From Dictyostelium discoideum (lineage: Eukaryota): a stretch of 64,000 bases of DNA. The notes below the pieces were generated by a model, which worked only from the letters and a program-made list of their open reading frames with translations, was not told the origin of the DNA and made no database searches. The stretch lies in the NCBI GenBank assembly GCA_000004695.1, contig CM000153.2:3712001-3776000 (forward strand). The letters run 5' to 3'. This document shows positions 1 to 12,069 of this stretch, piece after piece. Made by a program: the position numbers and the translations under genes. Within the stretch, counting starts at the first letter, position 1, and each line of letters begins with the position of its first letter.

Positions 1-1382
1 AATATTAAATAAAAACTCGTATTAACACAGATGGACATATATCAATCTTGTTAATCCAATATTAAAACCTTATAAAAATCAAAAAAGAATGGGAAAACTA
101 TGCAACTCAAATTGGACATCTAAAAGATAAAGTTCAAACCCTACAACCAATATTAACAAAAAACCAAACCTCTCAAACATTAACCACAAATAATATTTCA
201 CTACCACCAACACTCAAAGAAATCTACTCGACAATACTCAACAATCACCAATGCAAATCAAAAGACTATATTGGCAAGAAATATTCAGATCTACTTCTTA
301 CTTCGCACCAACAATCAATACAACTATTATGGAAATACACATACGACCAACTTTTTGTCAAAATTCAAAAATTAAAAGATCCAAAAGGCCGTGATACAAT
401 GCAAAGATTCCATGCTAGATGTCTTCCGATTAATCATCTACACAACAAAGTTTGCCCCATTTGCAACAATGAAATGAATAATGATCCCTATGGTCATTTG
501 TTTTTCAATTGTCAACACACAATCAACTTCATAAACCACGACAAATTAAAATATTTTATATATAAAAATTGCAATGGAAACAAAAACTGGTCACTAAAAA
601 AAAACCAAACAACAAAATTATACACACTCATTTATAAACCACAAACAAACAACAAAGCATTTAAACCAGATCCAACTATCAATATTAATTTTCATTTTGC
701 AGAAAACGCACAATATAAAAAATACAGGTTCAACTGGAATTATATAAACACAAATCTTGATCTAGTCAGAACACATTCATATTGGAACATAATCTCATTA
801 GTTATTCACCAAATATGGATATAGTTATGCAAATCATTATTTGACATCAATATAACTCAATCAATTGATAATTGGAACAACCAAATAAACAACACAACAC
901 TAGATTATGATATATTAAAATCAAAATGGCACAAGCCAATAAGATTGGAATATTCAAGAACATTATCAAACTTTAACCAATACTCAATTAAAAACAACCT
1001 CACAAAAACTCAAAAAGAAACCCAATGGTCCGAAACAATCAAAAAATTTAAAAAAGAATGGAGCATAAACACTAATGAACCAATTCCAACAATTACACCA
1101 CCAATTAATTATTAATTACCTAATCTAAAATAACATACCATTTTAAATTCACAAAAACTAAAAAACCTAAAATAAATAAATAAAAATAACATACTAATTG
1201 TATACTACAATAGTTTATTTATAAAAACCGTCCTGGATAAAAATTCTCTTTGAAGAAAAAGTGCCCAAATAAAAACCAACAGAATCACACTTCATTTGGT
1301 TAAAATTATAAATTATTGTTTATTTCCTTTAAAGGATAAACTAAGATTAATCAATATTAAAAAAAAAAAAAAAAAAAAAAAA
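1..1382 (+). mobile_element. 3' fragment of a TRE-type non-LTR retrotransposon, truncated by the window edge
   Basis: An open frame runs 66..824 (six-frame track ORF 399..824). It encodes a C-terminal CCHC zinc-knuckle-like motif (LHNKVCPICNNEMNNDPYGHLFFNCQHT) typical of the ORF2 C-terminus of Dictyostelium TRE elements, and it is paralogous to ORF 2788..3567 on the minus strand. A ~530-bp 3' UTR and an oligo(A) tail at 1356..1382 follow it. Bases 1..63 are a reverse-complement copy of 2686..2745. Confidence 0.55.
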
Positions 1383-1745
1383 ACCAACCATAGATTGAAA
1401 AACATCATATACGCTAATCTTAGATTACACAAAAAATTTACTTTCAAAACTTATTGTATTCCAGAATAGGTGCTTCCAAACATAGTCTCATTGGGCCAAT
1501 TCATCAAACTTATTACAATTTATTTAATTTTAAAACATATTTAAAAACTAGATAAAAAATCAAATAAATTAAAAAATAATATCAAAAAAAAAAAAATAGA
1601 GTAATCGTAGAGATATGTTTTTAAAATTTTAATGCCTTTTTTTGAATTGGTTAATGCAATTGTAAGTTGCTTCTCCTTGAGATATGTTTTCTCATTTTAT
1701 TTAAAGGTTTTTATGAAACCTTTTATTTAATGAATACAAACAAAT

Positions 1746-1825
1746 TCACACATTTCTTGGTCATTTTGGTCCACTGTTTGAATGGAGTTTGATCTTTGGC
1801 TATCATTTAATGAAAATGGAGAGCT
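1746..1825 (+). repeat. Dispersed conserved 80-bp element, copy A (see copy B at 28486..28565)
   Basis: TCACACATTTCTTGGTCATTTTGGTCCACTGTTTGAATGGAGTTTGATCTTTGGCTATCATTTAATGAAAATGGAGAGCT differs from copy B at only ~7 positions. Confidence 0.8.
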
Positions 1826-2648
1826 AATTAAAGATTTATTATCTCTTGATTTGATTGAACTGATGCTTTGGATTGATTCTATTAAAAATAATTTTTTATT
1901 AGAAAAAATTTTTATTCTTTTTTTTCTTTTTTTAATAAAAAATATTTACTGAATAACATTCTTTGATATTTGTAGTTTTTTAAAAAAAAATTTTTTTATT
2001 TTTATATTTTTTTAAACCTATTTATACTTTTTTTTATAAAAAAATTTATGCTTTTAATTTTTTTTCTTTTTTTTTTTTTCTTTATTTTTTTCTTAATATT
2101 AGAATATTCTAATATTTCATAAGTTTTTTTTTTAAGAATTTTGATTTTAAATATTTTATAGATAACTGGATATTTAAAGTCTGAAGTGAAGGTATTAAAC
2201 ACTTTTTTAAATGAAAAGTAAAAAACATGTTTTTAAAATATTATTAAAATGTCATATTTTATTAATATTATAAAAACAAAGATTCTATTCAAAAATTTAA
2301 ATATTTTAATCTATAATTAGAGTCTAACTAAACAATTTTTTTTTTCATTTGTGGTGTTTTATTTTATTTTATTCTTACCAATATTTTGTTTGAGGTTATT
2401 ATAATATTATTTTTATATTTAAGTGGAAATATGTAATTGGTAATTTTTATTGGTTGATTTTTAAATATTATCGATATATTATGGTAATTATTTATTATTT
2501 TATTTTTCTTTTATTTTTTTTAAAAGATTTAGTTTTGTGATATTCAAGGCGAATACTTTGAACTATTTTTTTTTTTTATAAAATTAATTTGGTTAAAATA
2601 CAATTTCAATTTTACTATTCTTTTTTTTTTTTAATATTGATTAATCAA

Positions 2649-2690
<42 letters not shown>

Positions 2691-2787
2691 TGGATTAACA
2701 AGATTGATATATGTCCATCTGTGTTAATACGAGTTTTATTTAATATTTATTTAAAGGCTTATCATTTAAGCTGAAGGGTTATTTTAA

Positions 2788-3434
2788 TCATATGAATTGG
2801 TCAAAAGATATAATATTTGGGAGAGATGATTCTGGAATACAATAGTAATTAGCTGTTGTTTTTCTTAGCTTGATCGTTGAAGTGAGAAGGATCTTAGGAT
2901 CTTTGAAGTTATTATGGTCTTTTGCTGATAAGTTTTTCAGATCTTTTGCTTTTTTGATGTATTCTAGAGTGGCCAATTTGTGCCATTTCTTTAGAAGGGA
3001 GCTGTATGATAGTGATTCATCTGTTAAAGGATCTTCACTGTATATTTGATTGCAAATCCAAATCCAAATGTTGTGGAGGATAAGGGCCATTAGGTTTCTA
3101 TATGCGAATGATCTGGTTAGATCATAGTCTATTGCTTTATAGTTCCATTCAAAGTATTCTTTGTGGGATCTGTGGTTGGCGTAATCTGCATTCACTTCTT
3201 GATCTTTTTTGGATGTCGGTGATAATTTTGGAGTTATTCTATTAATGAAATTGTTATTTTGCCTAATTCTTGTATGGTGCCAGTTTTTACCTTTGCCTGT
3301 GGTAATATAGATGAAATTTTTGAGTTTATTTATTTTTATGAATTGTTTTGTTTTCTTGCATGAGAAGAACAGGTGACCGTATGGGTCTTTGCTCATATCT
3401 TCTTTGCAGAGTGGGCATTGTTTGTTGTGAAGGT
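2788..3434 (-). CDS. Retroelement ORF2 C-terminal fragment (CCHC zinc-knuckle domain); the upstream part is lost in the N gap
   Basis: The frame is open from the gap edge to the stop at 2788. It carries the motif LHNKQCPLCKEDMSKDPYGHLFFSCKKT (C-x2-C...H-x4-C) and the tail ...ILHNIWIWICNQIYSEDPL..., which align with the plus-strand copy at 399..824. The RT and endonuclease parts are presumably inside the gap. Confidence 0.55.
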
Positions 3435-3534
3435 NNNNNNNNNNNNNNNNNNNNNNNNNNNNNNNNNNNNNNNNNNNNNNNNNNNNNNNNNNNNNNNNNN
3501 NNNNNNNNNNNNNNNNNNNNNNNNNNNNNNNNNN
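3435..3534. other. Assembly gap (100 N, true size unknown)
   Basis: A run of exactly 100 N. A 13-nt G homopolymer at 3594..3606 lies ~60 bp after it and is probably a sequencing or assembly artefact. Confidence 0.95.
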
Positions 3535-3690
3535 GGTGTGCTTGTGTTGCGTCGGCGTTGAGTTCATTGACTATGGTTATTGCCAATGAGTTTGGGGGGG
3601 GGGGGGATTTGATAAAGTCTGTTTTGTTTTTGAAGGAGGTGTCAGTGCCCCAACCTCTGACATTCCATTGGTTGATTTTGATTACTACCA

Positions 3691-4944
3691 TTATGAGATG
3701 ATATCGATCTCCTCTTGGGAGTCGTATAGCTGCGGTTTGGATGGTGAAGGGTAGATACTCTCTATGAAGCTCTCAATGATTCCTTTCCTTTCTTTATTGA
3801 CAGGTGTCTTAGGGGTGGATGGGATGTAAGGGTTGCTTCTGTTTATTGTTGGTGAGAGTTGGGTGACCTCGTTGTTTGAGTGGATTTCCTCGTTCTTGCG
3901 TTTATGTGATGGAGGGATGTTTGGTGTCTTCTCTCTGTTTTCCGAGGATGAATGGATGTTAGTGCTCGTTTTGTTGGCATTGTCTTTTTGGATGGCGTTG
4001 GATGTTGTGGTAGTGGTTGTGGTGGGTTTGACAGATTGAGATTCTGCTTGGTTTTTGGGGGGAAGAGGTTGAGAGGACTTTTTTGATTGGGCTTTTTTCT
4101 CATGGGTTGATTGTTTATCAGACTTATTGTTTGCTGGGTTGTATGTTTGTTGTTGTGGTTTTGGTTGAGAGGATTTGATTGCTATCCTGTTTTGGATGTT
4201 GGGAGGATCATCTGTCATCTCATCTTCTAATGGTTCTTCCGTGTTGTTTGACTCTACTTTCTTATTTTTCTTTTGTGAGGAGTAGGTTTTGGTGGCCGTT
4301 CTGATGGTAAAGTTGGCGATTTCTGTATTGTGTTGGCCAGATTTCATTTGATCGCCTATTTTGCATTCTATTAGACCGAATACTAGGAGGTGGTCGGTGG
4401 AGTATATAGTATGGTATATTGCATAGGGTATTTCTTCTGCAAAGGCAGTTTTGATGAGGGCATCCACTATTCCTGCCTTTTCTCTTGGAATTCTTACTCT
4501 TCCTGTGAGGACGTGGTAGTCTCTACTGGAGGTGATGAAGGTTCCCAATTTGCTTCTATCTCTAATGATATTTAGGAGAGATTGTTCGTTTTTAATCATC
4601 AGGTGGATCGTTTTTCTAGTTCCTTTGCCTATGTATATCTTGTCGATTGGGATATCGTAGTTTGAGAGTGTTTTTCTCATTTCTTCTAACCCCATGAGAT
4701 CCATTTTGGGGAATTCGAGTGTAATTGGGTAGAATCCGTTGTTTTTCTCGTAGGTTGAGAGAGCAGTCATGTTCAATATGGTCTCGCAGTATTTGGAGAT
4801 GTCTTTGAGGCCTATTGATAATTTGGGGTAGGTCTCCTTTATCTCTGCTGTTTTTGTGGAGAATTCCTTAATGAAGTTCTCTGATGCCTCGTCCATATGG
4901 GTGGAGGGGTTGGCCATTTTAGCCGCGTCTGCGTAGGAATTCAT
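3691..4944 (-). CDS. Retroelement ORF1 (nucleic-acid-binding, Gag-like protein)
   Basis: A 417-aa ORF with an ATG start. Its C-terminal half is basic and low-complexity (QQQ/TTTTTT/K-rich), like non-LTR ORF1 proteins. The ORF2 fragment sits directly downstream. Confidence 0.55.
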   Translation of the reverse strand: MNSYADAAKMANPSTHMDEASENFIKEFSTKTAEIKETYPKLSIGLKDISKYCETILNMTALSTYEKNNGFYPITLEFPKMDLMGLEEMRKTLSNYDIPIDKIYIGKGTRKTIHLMIKNEQSLLNIIRDRSKLGTFITSSRDYHVLTGRVRIPREKAGIVDALIKTAFAEEIPYAIYHTIYSTDHLLVFGLIECKIGDQMKSGQHNTEIANFTIRTATKTYSSQKKNKKVESNNTEEPLEDEMTDDPPNIQNRIAIKSSQPKPQQQTYNPANNKSDKQSTHEKKAQSKKSSQPLPPKNQAESQSVKPTTTTTTTSNAIQKDNANKTSTNIHSSSENREKTPNIPPSHKRKNEEIHSNNEVTQLSPTINRSNPYIPSTPKTPVNKERKGIIESFIESIYPSPSKPQLYDSQEEIDIIS

Positions 4945-5163
4945 CTCGATGGGATTCCTTTGAATCGGCGATTTGGTAAATTAGATCTGTAGATCGTGGT
5001 GGATTGGTGATTTTTTTTGAAAGATTGGTTAAAATTGACCGAGATTAAGGATAGAAAAGGATGAATTACTTTTCACGTGTATCTTGTATCCTCTTGATCG
5101 CGGTGCGGTTTTTCAAAAACAAAACGACTACAACAATAATCAAAATTCTCTTCGAAGAAAAAG

Positions 5164-5253
5164 TGCCCGAGCTCAGAATCGAACTGAGGACCCTCTGTTA
5201 TCGCTTTAGTACTAAGTACAAGACAGATATAATAACCACTATACGACACGGGC
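5164..5253 (-). tRNA. Intron-containing tRNA gene (90 nt); the anticodon reads UGU (Thr) if the 17-nt intron sits at the canonical 37/38 position
   Basis: The minus strand reads GCCCGTG-TC-GTATAGTGGTTATT...-TCTGT-CTTGTA[cttagtactaaagcgat]A-ACAGA-GGGTC-CTCAG-TTCGATT-CTGAG-CTCGGGC-A. The acceptor stem has 6 of 7 bp (one T:T). There is an A-box (TATAGTGG), a canonical T-arm and B-box (GTTCGATTC), and an anticodon stem TCTGT/ACAGA. A T5 terminator follows the 3' end. The isotype call is tentative. Confidence 0.75.
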
Positions 5254-5913
5254 TCACATGAAAAATTTTGAAAAAATACCGAAAAAATAAATTAAAAAAT
5301 TGAATTTTTAGTAATTTTTTTTTAAAAAATATTTTTAATAAATATACTATTATTGTAAAATATTTTTATTAATTAATTAAAAAATTTGAAAATTAAAAAT
5401 TATATTTTTCAATATTTTTAATTTTCAAATTATTTAATTAATTAAAACATATGTTCAAAGTGAATTTGTCATTTGATTTAAAAAATTTTTTTTTTTTATA
5501 TATTATTATTATTTTTTTTTTATAATAGAGTTTTATTAGGTTTAATAAATTTTAATAATGAAAATAAAATATAAAAAATCAATCATCTTAAGTTGTCGAT
5601 AACTTTTTTTTTACTATAACCAAAATGAGTTTCATTATTTGAAAAATAAAAAAAAAAAATAAAAAAAAAATTGAAATTAATATTTTCACACCCCACAAGG
5701 TGGTAAGCAATGTATTGGAAATTTTTAATTTTTTTTTTTATTTTTTATTTTTTTTTTTTTTCATTTTTTTTAATTTTAATATAACCCTCACGTTAGATTT
5801 ATACTTTATATAATTATACTACTTTTTTTTTTTTAAATTATTATTATTATTATCATTATTTTTTTTTTACACAAAAATATTTTTATATATATATAAATAA
5901 ATAATAACACAAA

Positions 5914-6712
5914 ATGAAAAACTTTACAAAAAAATTAGCAGAAGTTAAACAACAAACCATGGAGAAAATGGGTAAAACCGAATCACATGCAGATAATGAT
6001 GCCACTAAAGAACAAAAAGAGAAATTAAGAGTGATTAAAACTGAATACTCTCAAATTTATACAGTTGGTAAACTTTATGCTCAAGAAACTGAAAGTAAAT
6101 AATTATTATTATTAAAAATTATTAATTATTATTTATTGATTATTTATTAATTTTTATTTTTTTTATTTTTTTATTTTATTAAAAGAATCCACACAACAAG
6201 GATCACAATTTGCAGATGCATTAGCACAATTTGGAACAGGATTTGTATCAAATGAACAAGTTAGTGAGGCATTAAAGAATGTTGGTATTCAATTGAAATC
6301 AGTTGAACAAGCACGTCAAAGTTGTAATGTAAATTCAGTGCAATCATTAATTAATCCAGTTGGTAAATTCCAAGATACAGAGATTAAGAAAGCAAGAGAT
6401 TCAAAACATAAACAAGATCAAATTCGTATTCGTTATGATACTGCATTAGAGAAATTACAAGAAGCTAGAAAGAAGAATGATGCAAATTCATTAAAAGTTA
6501 AAGGTTTAGAGAATGAATGTAATGAAATTAAAGTCGAATATGATGCTGTCACCGCTGAATTCACTCAAACTATGGATAATTTAAATCAAGAAATGAATAA
6601 ACAATTGGTCGAAGAATTACGTGAATATACTTTACAACAATTGGCTTTCTATAAACAAGCTGCTGCACTTTGGGAAGAAACTAGTGATTTATTATCTTCT
6701 TTTCAAGCTTAA
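5914..6712 (+). CDS. BAR-domain protein (N-BAR-like, ~235 aa), 2 exons
   Basis: The exons are 5914..6094 and 6186..6712, with a GTAAAT...AAAAG intron in phase 1. The N-terminus MKNFTKKLAEVKQQTMEKMGKTESHADNDATKEQKEKLRVIKTEYSQIY resembles the amphipathic start of endophilin/amphiphysin-type BAR domains. The rest is coiled-coil helical. The frame is continuous across the proposed splice. Confidence 0.55.
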
Positions 6713-6801
6713 TAATTTATAATTAAAAAATAATAATAATAATAATAAAAAAAAAAACATATCATATTTATTTTATAACTCAAATTTATTCTTGTTGGGG
6801 G

Positions 6802-6838
<37 letters not shown>

Positions 6839-7510
6839 AAGATATATCGAAAAAACATCTTTGGTTGATTAAAAACTTTATTTGGTAAAATTTAATTATT
6901 TAATTATTTAATTTCTATAACTTTTTTTGTAGTTTTATTTTTTTTTGTTTTTTTTTTTCCCAACAAGAATAAATAAATAAAATTAATTAACTTTGGTTTT
7001 TGTCATTGTTATGACTTTTTTGGTTATTAATGTTGTTGTTGATTTTCACACCTATTTTCTATATATCAATAACTCTTTTTTATCCAAATAGTACCAAAAA
7101 CAAATTCAATTATACCAATCAAATAAATTTATTCTAAAAAAAAAAAAAAATTAAAAGAACAAGTTTACCATTTTTTGTTTTTTTATTTATATATTCTGTC
7201 CCACTCATTTATCTTATTATTTTTTTTGTTTATAATTATTATTTCTTTTTTTAATATAAATATTAATAAATAATATTTTTTTTTTTTATTTTTTTATTTT
7301 TTTTTTTAATTATTTTTCATTTCAACCCGCCTTTTTTTTTTTAATATTTTTTTTTTTTTGTTTTTTTTTTAATTTTTTTTTTTTTTTTAAAAAATCCATG
7401 TTCATCAAATGTTATAACAGCAAATAAATTTGAAAATAAAAAAAATAAAAATATATCCACATAATATATTTTTAGGATTTTAAAAAAAAAAATAAAAAAA
7501 AAAATTCAAA

Positions 7511-8284
7511 ATGAAACAAAACCAACCAAATTTAAATGTAAATTTAAATAATAGGTTACAACAACAACAATTAAATCAAGTAGCGCAACAGCAATTACAA
7601 CAACAACCATTAAAAAATACAAAACAAAATCCAATAAATAATCAAACAAATGGAATTTTAAATAATAAACCAATTACCACTTCATCAAACATAATGAATA
7701 GTGATAATATTTTAAATAATAATAATAATAATAATACAAATAAACCTTCTTCAACATTTAACTTTAATATAACTAATACACCACCACCACCTGTAAATAA
7801 ACAAAAACCAATTACTTCTTCGTCAACATCTAAACCATCTAATACCACCACTACTACTACTACTACAACTACTACAACAAAACCACCATCAAATTCATTA
7901 CCTTCATCATCATCATCAAAAGTTAAGGTTAATTCATTAACTTCACAAAATAATAATAATAATAATAGCAATACTAATACAAATATGACAACCCAACCAC
8001 CAACATTTAATAATTTAATAAAACCACAATCACTACCATCGACTACAGGTATGAACGAAATAAAGAATACACCAACAAGGACAACCACTACTACATCAAC
8101 ACAACACACTAAATATATAAAAGAAGATATTGTTGTTAAAGAAAATAATAATAGAATTAGTAACATGAATAATAATAATATAAGTGGAGCTAGTGGTGGC
8201 ACTACATTTAATAGTTATAACTATCTACCAAATAATACTCTTGATAATTTCATAAATAATTCTAATACAACTACAACAACCACA

Positions 8285-8316
<32 letters not shown>

Positions 8317-8735
8317 CAATAATAATAATATAATTAATAATATAAAACAACAACACGAATTAGAACTATTACAACAAAAACATATTGAAGAGATGAAAAT
8401 ATTACAAAATGAACAATTAAATCAATTAAAAAAACAACAAAAGAAATTAAATGAATCAGATACGGATGGTAGTGACGATGATGATGACGATGATGATGAA
8501 TATGGTGAAAATATGAATTTATCACCAAGAACATTAAGAGAATTAAAAAATATTCAAAGATTAAAAAATCTAGAGAAATTTAGTCCACCTTATTTAATAA
8601 CTAAAAAAACTTCACCATCAATTAAAACATTACCAAAATTCCCAGAATGGACAAAAGAAAGACCTTTTCTTAATTATGGTTATCTTGCAAATATATCTAC
8701 AAATTATACAAGTTTAATTTTACCTGTATGTAAAA

Positions 8736-8795
<60 letters not shown>

Positions 8796-11358
8796 GATCT
8801 ATAAGTTACTAATTAAATATTATATTTATTTAATTTTTTAATAGTCAAAATATGAACAAACTAAAATTCAATTAAGTTCAATACCAAATTATTTTAGAGA
8901 ACAAATTTTAATTGAGGATTTATTATCAACAATGATTGGAATTGAAGGAGAATGTATACATATAGGAGTTGTACAAGAGAATGAAGATGATTCATTACAG
9001 AGTAATTTAGTTAGTTTTGTAGTTGAAGGAGAGGTTGACCCAAGTAATAATGATTTAGTTCAAAGGATTCTACCATTATGTTCATATTATTCATTCGTTA
9101 ATGATTTCATTCAAATTCGATATGCCTATGAATGGGGTATAATCAATCATTCATTATGTTTTTCAATCGATCAACTATTGAAAGAGTATTTAGTATTGGT
9201 ATCACAATTGGAAGGTCAATTAAAATCAGAGAGATTAAGTTTACAAAGAATGTGGTTCTATTTACAACCAACCATCAAAACATTTGAAATACTTTATAGA
9301 GTGACCTCGGAAATTATGAGATGCAATAGTCATGGTGTTCAAGTGATTAATTTACTCTTAAAGCTACAATCGAAATATTCAAGTGATAAGAAAACCGATG
9401 ATCTATTTCATTATCTCATTAAAGCTACAACTTTACCTTTCTTGGAGATGTTGGACCTTTGGATTCATCAAGGTATAATTAGAGATACCTATTTCGAATT
9501 CATGATTGAAGAGAATACAGATTTAAAACGTGACAATATCAATAGGGATTTTAATGATCTCTATTGGGAACAACGTTATCAAATTCGTCAAGATCAAATT
9601 CCAAAATATTTACAATCACATGCTTTAAAAATTTTAACAACTGGTAAATATTTAAATGTTGTTAGAGAATGTAATCAATCAATTTCACAACAACAACAAC
9701 ATAATAAATCTGACAATAATAATAATAATAATAATAATGTAAAATTAAACAGTCAACAACAATTATTATTATTAAAATTAAATACAACTCAACAACAACA
9801 ACAACAACAACTTTCAAGTACATCAGCATCAATGATACCAACAACAATTATTGAATATTCAAAGAATGAAAATGTTTATATTGATAAGATTGAAAAAGCA
9901 TATGATTATGCAAGTGGTATATTATTAAATTTATTAATTAATGAAAGACATTTAATCTCAAGATTAAAAGCTATTAAACATTATTTCCTCTTATGCAAAG
10001 GTGATTTCTTTTCTCACTTTATGGATACCACTTATGATGAATTAAAGAAACCATTGGATCAAATTAATATGGTTAAAATGAATTCATTACTTCAACTCTC
10101 ATTAAGAACTTCTTCAATATCTGAAGAGGATGAATTTAAAGATGATTTAGAATGTGAATTCATTCCATATAAATTGGTTGATCAATTATTAAATATTATT
10201 AACATTAATAATTTTAATAATCCAACAACTACAACTACTACAAATACTTCTTCAAATAATATAACAGCGACTACAAATACTTCTTCAAATAATACAACTA
10301 TAAATACAACAGTTAATACAACACTAATTCAATCAACATCAGCACATGAAGTTTTAAAAACTAATAAATTATTTGGTATTGAATCTTTGGCATTTAATTA
10401 TAATGTTGGTTGGCCATTATCTTTAATTATTAGTAGAAAATCTTTAATAAAATATCAAATCATATTCAGACATTTATTCCTTTGCAAACATGTTGAAAAG
10501 GTTTTGGTTGATACTTGGAGTCAACATCAATTTAGAAGGTCATCCTATAATAAACCTGGTCTTTCAACTTTATTATCCTTTACTCATTTACTTAGACATC
10601 GTATGATTCATTTCTTACAAAATTTAGAATATTATATGATGTTAGAAGTTTTAGAACCAAATTGGAATAAAATGAAAAACTCAATTAAAACTGTAAGTTT
10701 TTAATTACATATATTTATAATATAATTTAAAAAAAAAAAAAAAAAATTATTAATTATCTTTTTTTTTTTTTTAATTAGTCAAAAACTGTTGATGATGTAA
10801 TTAGGATTCATAATGATTTTTTGGAAACTTGTTTAACAGAATGTATGCTTACTGATACTAAATTAGTTAATGTATGTTTTATTATTATTTTTATTATTAT
10901 CTTTAGATTAAATTAATTTACTAATTTTCTTTTTTTTTTTTATTTTTTTTTTATAGATTTTAATGAAATTCATGTCACTTTGTATTACTTTTGCAAACTT
11001 TACAAATGAAATGATGCAGGATGAAAAGAACATTGATACAGAACAAATTAAAAAGACAATTAGTAGTTCAGAAAATAAATTCCATGCCATTCTTAAAGTA
11101 TTAATGGATACATTGAAATCATTTTCAAAGACTGAATCAAATAGACATATGATTCATTTAATTCATAGATTGGATTATAATGGTTATTATTCACATTATT
11201 TTGAAAATAATCCAAATTTATTTAAGAATAAGACTTCTTCATCAAGTAATAAATCTAATAATGTATCACCACCTTTAGAACCAAGATTTTCATACCAACA
11301 ACAACAGCAACAACAGCAACAACAGCAACAACAACAGCAGCAGCAGCAACAACAGCAG

Positions 11359-11417
<59 letters not shown>

Positions 11418-11808
11418 GCAACAACAACAACAGCAACAACAGCAACAGAAACAAAACCAAATACAACAACAGAAACAAAATCAAATACAGCAGCAACAAC
11501 AACAAAGTAGGGGTAGTACATTACCAAGTAATTTTTCATTTCAAACAGCACTTCAACAACAAATAAATACAACATCAGCTACAACCACAACATCGAATCA
11601 ATCACCACACACATTAATTGATGATTTAAAGAAAAGAGCTTATGGAATACTTGATAGTAATAATACGAAAAAAACTTTAGAAAGAACTAGCTCATCGCCA
11701 GCTTTAGATAACCAAAGTAATAGTTTACCAATGACTCAATCAATTTCACAGTATGCCGAAAAATTAAAAAATTTAAGGGCAGTTATTAAAAATGATGAAT
11801 TAAAATAA
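7511..11808 (+). CDS. Gamma-tubulin complex component (GCP/Spc97-Spc98 family), ~1335 aa, 4 exons
   Basis: The exons are 7511..8725, 8845..10692, 10779..10871 and 10957..11808. Introns start GTATGT, GTAAGT and GTATGT, end in AG, and all are phase 0. The N-terminal ~400 aa are N/T/Q-rich low complexity. After that come GCP signatures: ...[18 protein letters not shown]..., [35 protein letters not shown], and the C-terminal [16 protein letters not shown]...ILMKFMSL. The last exon holds a ~70-residue poly-Gln. Confidence 0.8.
11290..11505 (+). repeat. CAA/CAG trinucleotide tract encoding ~70 consecutive Gln inside the GCP gene
   Basis: Pure (CAA/CAG)n in frame with the CDS. Confidence 0.95.
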
Positions 11809-11882
11809 TTAAAGATTTATACAATTTAAAAAACCAAAAAAAAAAAAAAAAAAAAAAACCCAAATTCTTTTTGTTTTATTAC

Positions 11883-11939
<57 letters not shown>

Positions 11940-12069
11940 CATATAATGAGGTGTTATTCTTTTCTTTTTAGATTGAGTATTATTATTTTTAAATAAAGAA
12001 ATTGAAAAAAAAAAAGAGATTTAAGAAATAATTTTTTTTATTTTTTTTTTTTATTATTATTATTTATTA

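Larger units (their letters stand above)
2645..5100 (-). mobile_element. TRE3-like non-LTR retrotransposon downstream of a tRNA gene; the interior is hidden by an assembly gap
   Basis: On the minus strand the order is a comparatively GC-rich 5' UTR (~4945..5100), ORF1 (4944..3691, 417 aa, basic and Q/T-rich), the 100-N gap, the ORF2 C-terminal zinc-knuckle region (..2788), a ~100-bp 3' UTR and oligo(A) (2685..2645 as a T-run on plus). The 5' end lies ~60-200 bp downstream of the 3' end of the tRNA at 5164..5253 and in the same orientation. This matches the known TRE3 insertion preference downstream of tRNA genes (established knowledge). The element boundaries are approximate. Confidence 0.6.

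Noticed and set aside
1681-1830. Reading the dispersed 80-bp element as U2 or another spliceosomal snRNA, or as a box C/D snoRNA
   Set aside because: There is only a partial resemblance (GGCUAAGAUCAA-like on the reverse strand; AUCUUUGG Sm-like). The conserved U2 5' end and branch-point-binding sequences are absent, and there are no paired C/D boxes at the right spacing.
3326-3701. ORFs 3326..3691 (-), 3348..3701 (+) and 3373..3561 (+), which span the N run
   Set aside because: They read through 100 N (translated as X) and a 13-nt G homopolymer. They are artefacts of the assembly gap.
5061-5261. ORF 5061..5261 (+), 66 aa
   Set aside because: It overlaps the tRNA gene on the opposite strand completely (..ELRIELRTLCYRF.. 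is the tRNA T-arm and acceptor read antisense). It is not a protein gene.
7642-8202. Six-frame ORFs on the opposite strand of real genes (for example 7642..8202 -, 11255..11575 -, 11290..11505 -, 32373..32711 -, 25633..25965 -, 27778..28005 -, 52517..52930 +, 52650..52832 +)
   Set aside because: They are translations of simple-sequence repeats (poly-V/L/I/Y from the GTT/ATT/TAT complements of CAA/AAT tracts) lying antisense to well-supported genes. They have no domain content.
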